Numbered from the stretch's first letter, positions 1-6,951 are shown. The stretch is 24,000 nucleotides of DNA from Desulfobulbaceae bacterium (GCA_024640625.1 JAHEER010000030.1:13373-37372), one strand, 5' to 3'. The notes: generated by a model from the letters alone, not told the origin. Numbers and translations are program-made.

Positions 1-272
1 TTCAGACAGAGTGAGCAGCGCTCGTCGTCCCGACTGATGGCGGTGCCGTCCCAGCTCAGTGCCTGTTCGGGGCAGCCGTGTACACATTCCTGGCAGCCGA
101 TACAGCGCTCCTGCACGATTACCACCTCGAGCCCGCAGCCTATCCCCTCCGGGTTGTGACACCAGAAGCAGCGTAATGGACAGCCCTTGAAAAAGACCGT
201 GGTCCTTATCTGGGGGCCGTCATGCAGCGCATAGCGCTTGATGTCGAAAAAAGTTGGCAGTTCATTCAGCAT
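1..272 (-). CDS. Glycyl-radical enzyme activating protein (radical SAM, PflA/PflC-like); N-terminal ~90 codons only, 3' end runs off the window
   Basis: Hand translation of the minus strand from ATG (272-270): MLNELPTFFDIKRYALHDGPQIRTTVFFKGCPLRCFWCHNPEGIGCGLEVVIVQERCIGCQECVHGCPEQALSWDG... The CxxxCxxC radical-SAM motif sits in the GCPLRCFWCHNPE context typical of GRE activases and is followed by a Cys-rich ferredoxin-like insert. It is absent from the ORF track because it is open at the window edge. No Shine-Dalgarno is visible upstream. Confidence 0.8.
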   Translation of the reverse strand, partial: MLNELPTFFDIKRYALHDGPQIRTTVFFKGCPLRCFWCHNPEGIGCGLEVVIVQERCIGCQECVHGCPEQALSWDGTAISRDDERCSLCL

Positions 273-279
273 AAAAGGA

Positions 280-300
280 GATAACAATAATTATTATCAT
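280..300. promoter_or_regulatory. Fur-family (Fur/PerR-like) operator candidate, copy 1
   Basis: GATAACAATAATTATTATCAT. By my count, 16 of 19 positions match the classical Fur box GATAATGATAATCATTATC. The 13-mer AATAATTATTATC (286-298) is identical to 6934-6946 upstream of rubrerythrin. It lies 14 nt from the activase ATG and 161 nt upstream of the sodN ATG. Confidence 0.5.
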
Positions 301-337
301 TTTGCAAGCAGAGGGAAAGGCGGCGGGCGAGTCACTA

Positions 338-365
338 TTGACAAACATGGGCCTTGTCCTATGGT
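338..365 (+). promoter_or_regulatory. Candidate sigma70-type promoter for sodN
   Basis: TTGACA (338-343), 16-nt spacer, TATGGT (360-365). This would give a leader of roughly 90 nt before the ATG at 459. Pattern match only. Confidence 0.35.
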
Positions 366-458
366 TGATTTAGCCTTTCCAGAGCTTGTTTGAGAGGTTG
401 GGCGTTGCCTTGTCGCAAGACTTTCCGACCATATTACTTATACCTGAAGGAGCATACC

Positions 459-896
459 ATGATCAATCGACTCTCCGTCTCATTAGTCCTTTTCTCAGCT
501 TTAGTGCTGGCCGCCGGCAACGTGTTCGCCCATTGTGAAATACCCTGCGGCATCTACGATGATGAATTGCGCATGAGCCTGATCAGTGAACATGCCGGTA
601 CCATCGAAAAATCGATGAACCAGATCATTGAACTGGAGAAGGGCGGCAATGCCAACCAACTGGTGCGCTGGGTAACCAATAAAGAGGTCCATGCCAATGA
701 GGTGCAGCACATCGTCACCCAGTATTTCATGACCCAGCGGATCCAGTTCGATACGCCCGACTATGACAAGAAGCTGGCGGCCCTGCATGAGATCCTGGTC
801 TATGCCATGAAATGCAAGCAGACCACCGACGTGACCAACGTTGAGATGCTGCGCCAGGCGGCCGACAGGTTCCACAAACTATATTTTCACGACTAG
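459..896 (+). CDS. sodN: Nickel-containing superoxide dismutase (NiSOD) precursor with a signal-peptide-like pre-sequence
   Basis: The Ni-hook motif HCEIPCGIYDD (compare Streptomyces HCDLPCGVYDP) directly follows a 24-aa pre-sequence, MINRLSVSLVLFSALVLAAGNVFA. The GAAGGAG Shine-Dalgarno at 446-452 supports the ATG at 459 rather than the track start at 390. The predicted mature length of 121 aa is close to known NiSODs. Confidence 0.9.
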   Translation: MINRLSVSLVLFSALVLAAGNVFAHCEIPCGIYDDELRMSLISEHAGTIEKSMNQIIELEKGGNANQLVRWVTNKEVHANEVQHIVTQYFMTQRIQFDTPDYDKKLAALHEILVYAMKCKQTTDVTNVEMLRQAADRFHKLYFHD

Positions 897-907
897 ACTG
901 ATGGCTA

Positions 908-935
908 CCGCCCTCAGGGTGGAAATTTTGTTTTT
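908..935 (+). terminator. Intrinsic terminator after sodN
   Basis: CCGCCC-tca-GGGTGG hairpin (one G-U pair) at 908-922, followed by AAATTTTGTTTTT. Confidence 0.6.
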
Positions 936-949
936 CCATGCTTGCCAGA

Positions 950-2206
950 CTAGCGTATCGACTGGCCGTGGGGGTCGCGGACCGGTTTGCCGAGCTTTTC
1001 ATCGAGGTAGTCCACCGTGGAACTGTCGCTGATATGCTCGAGATGGTGGGCCGTGGGATGCAGTTCTTCCTGGGGAGTGCCGATTGATTCGAGGTAGGCT
1101 TCCCATAATCTGTGCGCCTTCAACACTTTCCCCGCCTCCTTGGTGCCGTCCTCGGTCAGCGAAAAACCTTCCGGGGCTTCAACCAGAAGCCCGTCCCCGA
1201 TCATCGACAGCACTGCTTTTTTAAGCCCCTTGTCCTGTTCGACGTACTGATAGAGTATGTTCATAGGGGTGGGCTTTTCATAGCGCAGGATGGTGGTCAG
1301 GATGTCCTCCACCTGCTGCTGGGGGATAAGGTTGCGCATCCTCAGCCAGCGGGCCAGCAGACCATATTTCGGGGCCACTACCAGGACGACCAGAAACTGC
1401 AGGGTGCAGAACAGCATAATGGCGCCGCCGCCGGCGGAATCGAGCCAGACACAGAGGTAAAGCCCGCCGACTACGCTGGTGACGCCGAACAGCGCGGCCA
1501 GCCACATCATCCTGTCGAGCCGGTCGCTGAGCAGGTAAGCGGTGGCCGCCGGAGTGATCAGCAGACCGACCACCAGGATGACGCCGACCATGCTCACCGC
1601 GCTGACCACCACCAGCGATACGCAGATGGTCAGGACATAGTCGAGCAGCAGCACCGGCAGGCCGATCGAGGCGGCCATGATGGGGTCGAAGGTGGCGATC
1701 TGGAAATGTCTGAAAAACAGAATAAGTACTGTCAGCACCAGCGCCGCCACGAAAGCGCTGACCCAGAGGTCGGTGTCCGCCACTCCGAGGATGTCGCCCA
1801 TGATGAAGTGCATCAGATCTATATGGATGTAGTGCCTGAAAATGGAGACGACCACTACTCCGAGGGCAAAGATGCCGGTGTACATGATGCCGATGGCGGT
1901 GTCTTCCTTGACCCGTGAAATCCGGGCAACGAAGCTTATCAGGGCGACGGTGGTCACCGCGGCGATAAGCGAGCCGAGCAGCATGCCGGGCGCGTGGGCC
2001 TCGAGGCTGAAGAGCAGCTTCATGACCAGGTAGCCGCCGGCCACCCCGGCGATCATCGCGTGACTCAGGGCATCACCCAGGAAGGCCATTCTCCTCAGCA
2101 CAACGAGACAGCCGACCACGCCGGCGACCATGGCGACGATGGAGCCGCCGATCAGCGCTTTCTGAAAATAGGTTTCGGTGAGCGGGGCAATAAACAGCTC
2201 GTACAT
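950..2206 (-). CDS. Metal ABC transporter permease (ABC-3; ZnuB/MntB/TroC/YtgC family) fused to a C-terminal DtxR-family metalloregulator domain
   Basis: The N-terminal ~285 aa are polytopic, with VLRRMAFLGDALSHA... typical of ABC-3 permeases. The C-terminal ~125 aa (roughly nt 953-1321) align by eye to DtxR/MntR/TroR: a winged-helix region followed by KAHRLWEAYLESIGTPQEELHPTAHHLEHISD...VRDPHGQSI. His/Glu residues occupy the DtxR metal-ligand positions (H79, E83, H98, C102->H, E105, H106 equivalents). The start overlaps the ATPase stop (TGATG). Confidence 0.85.
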   Translation of the reverse strand: MYELFIAPLTETYFQKALIGGSIVAMVAGVVGCLVVLRRMAFLGDALSHAMIAGVAGGYLVMKLLFSLEAHAPGMLLGSLIAAVTTVALISFVARISRVKEDTAIGIMYTGIFALGVVVVSIFRHYIHIDLMHFIMGDILGVADTDLWVSAFVAALVLTVLILFFRHFQIATFDPIMAASIGLPVLLLDYVLTICVSLVVVSAVSMVGVILVVGLLITPAATAYLLSDRLDRMMWLAALFGVTSVVGGLYLCVWLDSAGGGAIMLFCTLQFLVVLVVAPKYGLLARWLRMRNLIPQQQVEDILTTILRYEKPTPMNILYQYVEQDKGLKKAVLSMIGDGLLVEAPEGFSLTEDGTKEAGKVLKAHRLWEAYLESIGTPQEELHPTAHHLEHISDSSTVDYLDEKLGKPVRDPHGQSIR

Positions 2207-2967
2207 CAGGACTCCTCCTTGGCGAGGACATCGCTGAAAATCCTCAATCTTCCTTCGTACACTTTGCTGAGCAGATCCTCCCTGAGGACCAGGCGCGGCG
2301 GGCCGTAGGCGTAAAGCCGCTGCTTGATCAGGATGAGCCTGTCGAAATATTCCGCGGCGGTGGACAGATCGTGGTGCACAACCACCAGGGTTTTTCCGGC
2401 CTGCTTGGCGCGTTCGAGCACATCCAGGATGGCCCGCTCGGTGGCTGCGTCGACGCCGGCAAAAGGTTCGTCGAGCAGCAGGATGTCGCTGCCCTGGGCC
2501 AGGGCCCGGGCCAGGAAGACGCGCTGCTGTTGACCGCCCGAGAGCTCCCCGATCTGGCGTTCGGCAAAATCCTGCATCCGCACCATCTCGAGGGCCTCGA
2601 GGGCGGCCTGCCGGTCCTGGCCGGACGGCGATGTATACCAGGGAATTCGCTGGTAGCGGCCCATCAGCGCCACTTCCTCAACCGTGATTGGGAAATCCCA
2701 ATCCACCGCCCCGCGCTGGGGAACATAGGCAACCTCTCCCTTGGCTTTCTGAGCGCTCTGGCCGTTGATCTTGACAATCCCCACATCCGGCTTGATGAAC
2801 CCCAAAATGGCCTTGATGAAGGTCGACTTGCCGGCCCCGTTGGGCCCGATCACTCCGACCAGCTGATCCCGCTCGATACTGATGGTGACGTCGAGCAGGG
2901 CGGGCTTGGCCTGGTAGCTCACCGTCAGGTGATCGACTTCGATCACAAACTTATTGTCAGTGGTCAT
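2206..2967 (-). CDS. Metal ABC transporter ATP-binding protein (ZnuC/MntA/TroB family)
   Basis: Walker A GPNGAGKST, signature LSGGQQQRV, Walker B LLLDEP. The size (253 aa) and operon context fit. Confidence 0.9.
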   Translation of the reverse strand: MTTDNKFVIEVDHLTVSYQAKPALLDVTISIERDQLVGVIGPNGAGKSTFIKAILGFIKPDVGIVKINGQSAQKAKGEVAYVPQRGAVDWDFPITVEEVALMGRYQRIPWYTSPSGQDRQAALEALEMVRMQDFAERQIGELSGGQQQRVFLARALAQGSDILLLDEPFAGVDAATERAILDVLERAKQAGKTLVVVHHDLSTAAEYFDRLILIKQRLYAYGPPRLVLREDLLSKVYEGRLRIFSDVLAKEES

Positions 2968-3457
2968 GGTCGGTCTCCGTGCTGGTGAGACTGAAGGGAA
3001 CGGTGCCCGAAACCAGGCCCCCGCCGCTGCTCCAGATGGTCTGCTCGGCCAGGACCCTGTCCTGGTTCAGCAGGCGAACTCTGATACCGTGGGTCAGGTG
3101 GTTCTCCGCCACCGGAGGACTTGCCTTGATGAAGACCTCGTTATGATCGGAGAGGGCGAACTCGAGATCACGGATGAACAGCGTCTGTCCCCGGCTGATC
3201 GACAGATCGGCGATGTCCACCGCCATACCGTTGAGACGGAGGTCGAAGGGGCCTGTCTGCTCCGCTGTGTGCAGGGCGAAAGGGTCTTCTTCCACCGAAA
3301 AGGTCGGGGTCAATTCGATCGAAAGACGCTCTTTGGTCTTCTCGGCAACCGGGGCGGCCGCACTTTCAGTGACCGCACCGCTGTGGCGTTTTTGGGTGTA
3401 GGCATAGAGACCGCCGACAATGACGACCCAGATGGCCAGGCAGAGTAGAAATCTCAT
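2957..3457 (-). CDS. Hypothetical membrane-anchored protein embedded in the metal ABC operon
   Basis: 166 aa with one N-terminal TM helix (FLLCLAIWVVIVGGLYAY), a soluble domain I do not recognise, and a C-terminus ...TETDHDH. It starts 8 nt after the SBP stop and overlaps the ATPase start by 11 nt, so it is very likely co-translated with the operon. Confidence 0.6.
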   Translation of the reverse strand: MRFLLCLAIWVVIVGGLYAYTQKRHSGAVTESAAAPVAEKTKERLSIELTPTFSVEEDPFALHTAEQTGPFDLRLNGMAVDIADLSISRGQTLFIRDLEFALSDHNEVFIKASPPVAENHLTHGIRVRLLNQDRVLAEQTIWSSGGGLVSGTVPFSLTSTETDHDH

Positions 3458-3465
3458 AATGAATC

Positions 3466-4386
3466 TTATTTCAAGGCGTTGACGATGAGAATGACATTTT
3501 CGCGCATCATGCCGATATATGTCTCTCCGGCGCTGTTCTCGGGGCCCATGGAATCGGAATAGAGTTCACCGCCGATCTCAACCCCGGTCTCCTTGGCGAT
3601 TTCTCTGATCTGCTTGGGATTGATGGTGGTCTCGACGAAAATGGCAGGAGCTCCCGACTCTTTTATCGACTGGACAACCTTGCGTCTGCGCTCGGGGGTG
3701 ATGCCGGCGCCGACTTCGGCACCGGTGGACCAGCCGACCGGGGCAATGGAGAGATAATCATTGTTGGGGTTGAGCTTGAATTCCCGGCAGAAATAGTTGA
3801 AGGCGTCGTGGGTGGTGACCAATATCCGCCGATCGGCGGGGATACGGTTGATCTGTTCGCGAATCCAGGAGTCCAGAACCCTGAGCTGCTGCAGAAAGAG
3901 CGTTGCTCGGGCCTCATATTCCTCTTTGTTGGCCGGATCGATCTGGCTGATGCCCCTGACGATGTTGTTTACATAAACGGCGGCGTTCCTCGGTGAAAAC
4001 CAGGCATGGGGATCGGCAATCTGCTCCCCGCCCTCGTTGACGGTCAGCAACTCGATGCCGTCGGTGACGGTGACAAGCGGTTTGTTGGCATCCTTGGCCA
4101 GGGTGGCCATCCAGCTCTTGCCCTCCAGATGCAGCCCGTTTTCCAGGCAGAGATCGGCGCCGAGCACGATCTGCACGTCATTGGGGGTCGGCTGGTAGGT
4201 GTGCGGGTCCGCCCCGGGCGCCAGGATCGAGTTAACCACGGCTCTTTCTCCGGCGACCTGGCGGGCAAAATCAGCGATCTGGGTCGTCGAGGCGACGATT
4301 ACCGGTTTGTCCTCCGCAGCAGCGGGATACTGCGCAAATATGAGTGCTATCGAGAACACCGCGATGGTGCTCAGCCAGTATTTCAT
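3466..4386 (-). CDS. Metal ABC transporter substrate-binding protein (cluster A-I; TroA/ZnuA/MntC/PsaA family)
   Basis: Signal peptide MKYWLSTIAVFSIALIFAQYPAAA. Motifs GADPHTYQPTP, DPHAWFSP and LVTTHDAFNYF place His at the third ligand position, as in TroA/ZnuA. There is no long His-rich loop. GGGAGATAGGAG Shine-Dalgarno sits before the ATG. Confidence 0.9.
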   Translation of the reverse strand: MKYWLSTIAVFSIALIFAQYPAAAEDKPVIVASTTQIADFARQVAGERAVVNSILAPGADPHTYQPTPNDVQIVLGADLCLENGLHLEGKSWMATLAKDANKPLVTVTDGIELLTVNEGGEQIADPHAWFSPRNAAVYVNNIVRGISQIDPANKEEYEARATLFLQQLRVLDSWIREQINRIPADRRILVTTHDAFNYFCREFKLNPNNDYLSIAPVGWSTGAEVGAGITPERRRKVVQSIKESGAPAIFVETTINPKQIREIAKETGVEIGGELYSDSMGPENSAGETYIGMMRENVILIVNALK

Positions 4387-4451
4387 CTCCTATCTCCCAA
4401 CAGACTAAAACTGTAAATGAGGGCCCTGAAATGATCTTAAAATCAGTTCAA

Positions 4452-4479
4452 AGGATAAACACTTGTGCTTAGATTTCAA
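4452..4479 (-). promoter_or_regulatory. Candidate promoter and operator for the metal ABC operon
   Basis: On the minus strand: TTGAAA (4479-4474), 16-nt spacer, TATCCT (4457-4452). The spacer holds an imperfect 16-bp palindrome TAAGCACAAGTGTTTA (4471-4456, 6 of 8 pairs), a position typical for a repressor site. Weak, pattern-only call. Confidence 0.25.
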
Positions 4480-4710
4480 CAAAATATCGGTGTCTGCCAC
4501 AATGTCGAACAGGCTGCGGCGGCGGGGAGGGGCAGGCAGGTTGTCTCCCATCGAGCCCTTGTAACTGGGATAGACAATTGGTAGGCTTAAAGGAGAAGGA
4601 AGCTGCCGAATCAGGACAGGGGCAGCCGAGTTCTTTTTCGTGACGGGATCAACGGCCGGGTACGTTGCTACTGGCCCGGACTACGAGAGGCATTTACAGG
4701 GAGGTCGGTC

Positions 4711-5127
4711 ATGAAAAGTACGCGTAAGATCAAAGAGGCGATCATCCGCAATTATCCCGAAATCGGCCTTGACGATTCTCTGGGAGATGCGATCAACGCC
4801 ATGGCCAAAAACAACGCCTCGGCGCTGGTGGTCAGGGAGGGCGGTATCCTGATCGGTCTGGTGACTATCACCGATGTGATGCACAGCCTCGTCCACCACC
4901 ATGATCTGCAGGACACCAAAATCAGCTCGTTCATGACCAAATGCGAACTGATTTCCGCCGAGGCCACCAAGAACGCCTGTGCCCAGCTCGATGAGGATCA
5001 GGATGTACTGTCGGCGCTGAAGGTGATGCATCAGGCCGGCGTCAATCACCTGGTAGTCTCCAGAGCCGAAGGGGATCCGGTCGGGGTGGTATCGAGCCTG
5101 GAGATCATCAGATTGCTGGGCAGGTAA
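4711..5127 (+). CDS. CBS-pair domain protein
   Basis: 138 aa with two CBS-like repeats (...ALVVREGGILIGLVTITDVM... and ...VNHLVVSRAEGDPVGVVSSLEIIRLL). AGGGAGG Shine-Dalgarno before the ATG. Confidence 0.8.
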   Translation: MKSTRKIKEAIIRNYPEIGLDDSLGDAINAMAKNNASALVVREGGILIGLVTITDVMHSLVHHHDLQDTKISSFMTKCELISAEATKNACAQLDEDQDVLSALKVMHQAGVNHLVVSRAEGDPVGVVSSLEIIRLLGR

Positions 5128-5144
5128 TCCCTGCCGATCAGGCC

Positions 5145-5525
5145 TCAGCAGGTCGAGTGGAAGAGTCCGCCGACGGCGACGTCTTGGTCAATGCAGTCGT
5201 GGTACATCTGGACCGCACGCTTGGTGTCGGTGGCGATGGTCTCGATGCCGTGGCTGTCCAGATAGGCCAGTGCCTCGTCGGTCACTTTAAGGCGCGAAAA
5301 GACGCCGCGGGCCAATATCACCGTCTGACAGCCGCGGTCCACCAGTTCTTCGACATCTCTCACCTGAATGCCCGGGGAGTGTGCGGTTCCCGTTTCCTTC
5401 CAGTCCCAGGACCGGCCGCCTCCGGGCCACAGTTTGAAATCCTTGCCGCTGCCCAATGACTCTATCTTCATTTTGCCCCAGCCGATGGACTCTATTCTCG
5501 GTGATTTGAGCTTTGCCTTAGTCAT
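5145..5525 (-). CDS. Mth938-like (DUF498/NDUFAF3-like) domain protein
   Basis: 126 aa. The pattern IESIGWGKMKI...DFKLWPGG...VILARG...ALAYLDSHGIETIATDTKRAVQMYHDC...GGLFHSTC resembles the Mth938 family, including the C-terminal LH.TC. It starts 4 nt after the upstream gene's stop. Confidence 0.65.
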   Translation of the reverse strand: MTKAKLKSPRIESIGWGKMKIESLGSGKDFKLWPGGGRSWDWKETGTAHSPGIQVRDVEELVDRGCQTVILARGVFSRLKVTDEALAYLDSHGIETIATDTKRAVQMYHDCIDQDVAVGGLFHSTC

Positions 5526-5529
5526 CTTG

Positions 5530-6309
5530 TCAGTAGTTGTCAGCAGTCAGGATCGGTTTGAGGAGTTGGAGCATACGTTCATGGTGCGAGCCCCGCCAGT
5601 AGATCGATGAGCAGGATCCGCACTGCCTGAAACTATGATAATACCTTTTGGTCAATGGTTCGAGTCGGTGCACCACGGTTTCTTTGGAAACCGGGGCGAG
5701 CAGGCCGTTGCACTTGAGACAGCGGCTGAACGGTGCCAGGCGAGAGCGCAAATCGTAAAAATCAACTATTTCAATTAATTGCGCGGCCGGGTCTTGGGTA
5801 CGGACGAGTCTGCCAAAGGCCACTTCCCGGTGTTTCAGCAGCTCCCTGTCGCGGCTTAAAAGAATGCGGCCTGAAGTGCTGCTCTCTCGAACGATATCCC
5901 GTTTGGAATACGATTTGGGCAGGTCTTGCACCGAGACGGTGTCGAAGCCTGCCATCCGCAGCAGACCAGCCAGCCGGGCGATGTTGATATCGACCAGGAA
6001 GCGGAAATCGGTGGGCGCCCGGGGGCGCAGCGCACTGGGTTCGGCAGCCGCCGGACCCGCGGTGACGCCGTAAATTTGAAGCCGGTCACCGGGGAGCGGT
6101 AAATAATTGAAAGCAAGCTGCAGCGCTCCCTTATAAATGGAACCTATTTCAGTATGAGGGATGCCCACGGCCTCGAGGATGTCCTTGATCGAGGCGCTGC
6201 GTGACAGCCGGTAATGAAGTACCGCATCCTGCCGATATCGTCTATGGAGCAGGTCTTTCAAGTCCCCGTGGAAAGAAAGATGGAGATGATCATCTTCCCT
6301 GATAGACAC
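5530..6309 (-). CDS. Mut7-C RNase-domain protein (PIN-like plus zinc ribbon) with an N-terminal ubiquitin-like domain
   Basis: N-terminus LSFHGDLKDLL...SIKDILEAVGIPHTEI (Mut7-C ubiquitin-like). Middle FLVDINIARLAGLLRMAGFD (PIN-like). C-terminus CLKCNG...CGSC zinc ribbon. GTG start at 6309 with no clear Shine-Dalgarno, so the start is uncertain. Confidence 0.7.
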   Translation of the reverse strand: MSIREDDHLHLSFHGDLKDLLHRRYRQDAVLHYRLSRSASIKDILEAVGIPHTEIGSIYKGALQLAFNYLPLPGDRLQIYGVTAGPAAAEPSALRPRAPTDFRFLVDINIARLAGLLRMAGFDTVSVQDLPKSYSKRDIVRESSTSGRILLSRDRELLKHREVAFGRLVRTQDPAAQLIEIVDFYDLRSRLAPFSRCLKCNGLLAPVSKETVVHRLEPLTKRYYHSFRQCGSCSSIYWRGSHHERMLQLLKPILTADNY

Positions 6310-6339
6310 GATATCGACCCAAAGAAAAATGAGGTCCGG

Positions 6340-6373
6340 TCGATGTATCGGGGAGTACTCCCCGATACATCGA
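6340..6373 (-). terminator. 34-nt perfect palindrome downstream of rubrerythrin (probable terminator hairpin)
   Basis: TCGATGTATCGGGGA-GTAC-TCCCCGATACATCGA, a 15-bp stem with a 4-nt loop, 11 nt after the rbr stop. On the minus strand the T-rich run (TTTTTCTTT) comes about 10 nt after the stem, which is not a canonical spacing. Confidence 0.45.
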
Positions 6374-6384
6374 GATGAAGCTGA

Positions 6385-6885
6385 TCAGGCGACCATGGTG
6401 AATACTTTCGGCAGGGCCGAGCACACCGGACAGTTCTCGGTGGGCTTGCCCAGCTCGATATAGCCGCAGATGGGGCAGAGATAGAACTCGCTCTCATCCA
6501 GGTCGACACCCTTCTGGACTGCTTCAAGCGCCTTCTTGTAGATTTCGGCATGTACCTTTTCGGCGTCCAGGGCGAAACGGAACATGGTCTTGGCCTTGTG
6601 CCCTTCCTCTGAGGCCAAATCTGCCATGGGCGGATACATCTCGGTGTACTCGTAAGTTTCACCGTTAATCGCAGCCTGCAGGTTCTCGGCGGTGGAAGCG
6701 ATGGCGTCGAGCGCCCGCAGATGTCCCTCGGCGTGGATTTTCTCGGCCTGGGCAGTGGTGGCGAAGAGTTTGGCGATATTGGCAAAGCCATCTTTCTCGG
6801 CCTTTTTGGCAAAGGCGCTGTATTTCTGGAAGGCCTGACTTTCGCCGGCAAATGCTTCGCTTAGATTTTCTGTTGTTGTGGCCAT
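6385..6885 (-). CDS. rbr: Rubrerythrin
   Basis: N-terminal four-helix diiron domain (NLSEAFAGESQAFQKYSAFAKKAEKDGF...AEKIHAEGH...) plus a C-terminal rubredoxin-like CPICG...CPVC. Perfect AAAGGAGG Shine-Dalgarno. Confidence 0.9.
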   Translation of the reverse strand: MATTTENLSEAFAGESQAFQKYSAFAKKAEKDGFANIAKLFATTAQAEKIHAEGHLRALDAIASTAENLQAAINGETYEYTEMYPPMADLASEEGHKAKTMFRFALDAEKVHAEIYKKALEAVQKGVDLDESEFYLCPICGYIELGKPTENCPVCSALPKVFTMVA

Positions 6886-6931
6886 AATAAACCTCCTTTG
6901 TTGTGGTTAATTGTGTGATGCGTTGATCACG

Positions 6932-6949
6932 GTAATAATTATTATCGAT
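6932..6949. promoter_or_regulatory. Fur-family (Fur/PerR-like) operator candidate, copy 2
   Basis: GTAATAATTATTATCGAT. The 13-mer 6934-6946 is identical to 286-298, and TAATAATTATTA is a perfect 12-bp palindrome. It lies 48 nt upstream of the rbr ATG, immediately downstream of a candidate -10. Confidence 0.5.
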
Positions 6950-6951
6950 CC

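Noticed and set aside
390-458. Upstream extensions offered by the ORF track for sodN (390), selU (7084), the NRDE gene (13965) and the small membrane protein (11960)
   Set aside because: In each case an internal ATG is preceded by a better Shine-Dalgarno and/or gives the family-typical N-terminus (signal peptide then His-Cys hook; rhodanese start; Met-Cys of NRDE). The extra residues look non-coding.
4602-4714. Hairpin GCTGCC-13 nt-GGCAGC followed by TTCTTTTT (4602-4638), and a 24-codon GTG uORF (4640-4714) ending in an ATGA overlap with the CBS gene start
   Set aside because: The stem is only 6 bp with a large loop, and the uORF has no Shine-Dalgarno. I recognise no riboswitch core (Mn, NiCo, c-di-GMP and similar). 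Too weak to call.
6258-6851. 197-aa P/R/S/T-rich ORF overlapping rubrerythrin in another frame
   Set aside because: The rubrerythrin frame has diiron and rubredoxin motifs and a perfect Shine-Dalgarno. The alternative frame is compositionally implausible.
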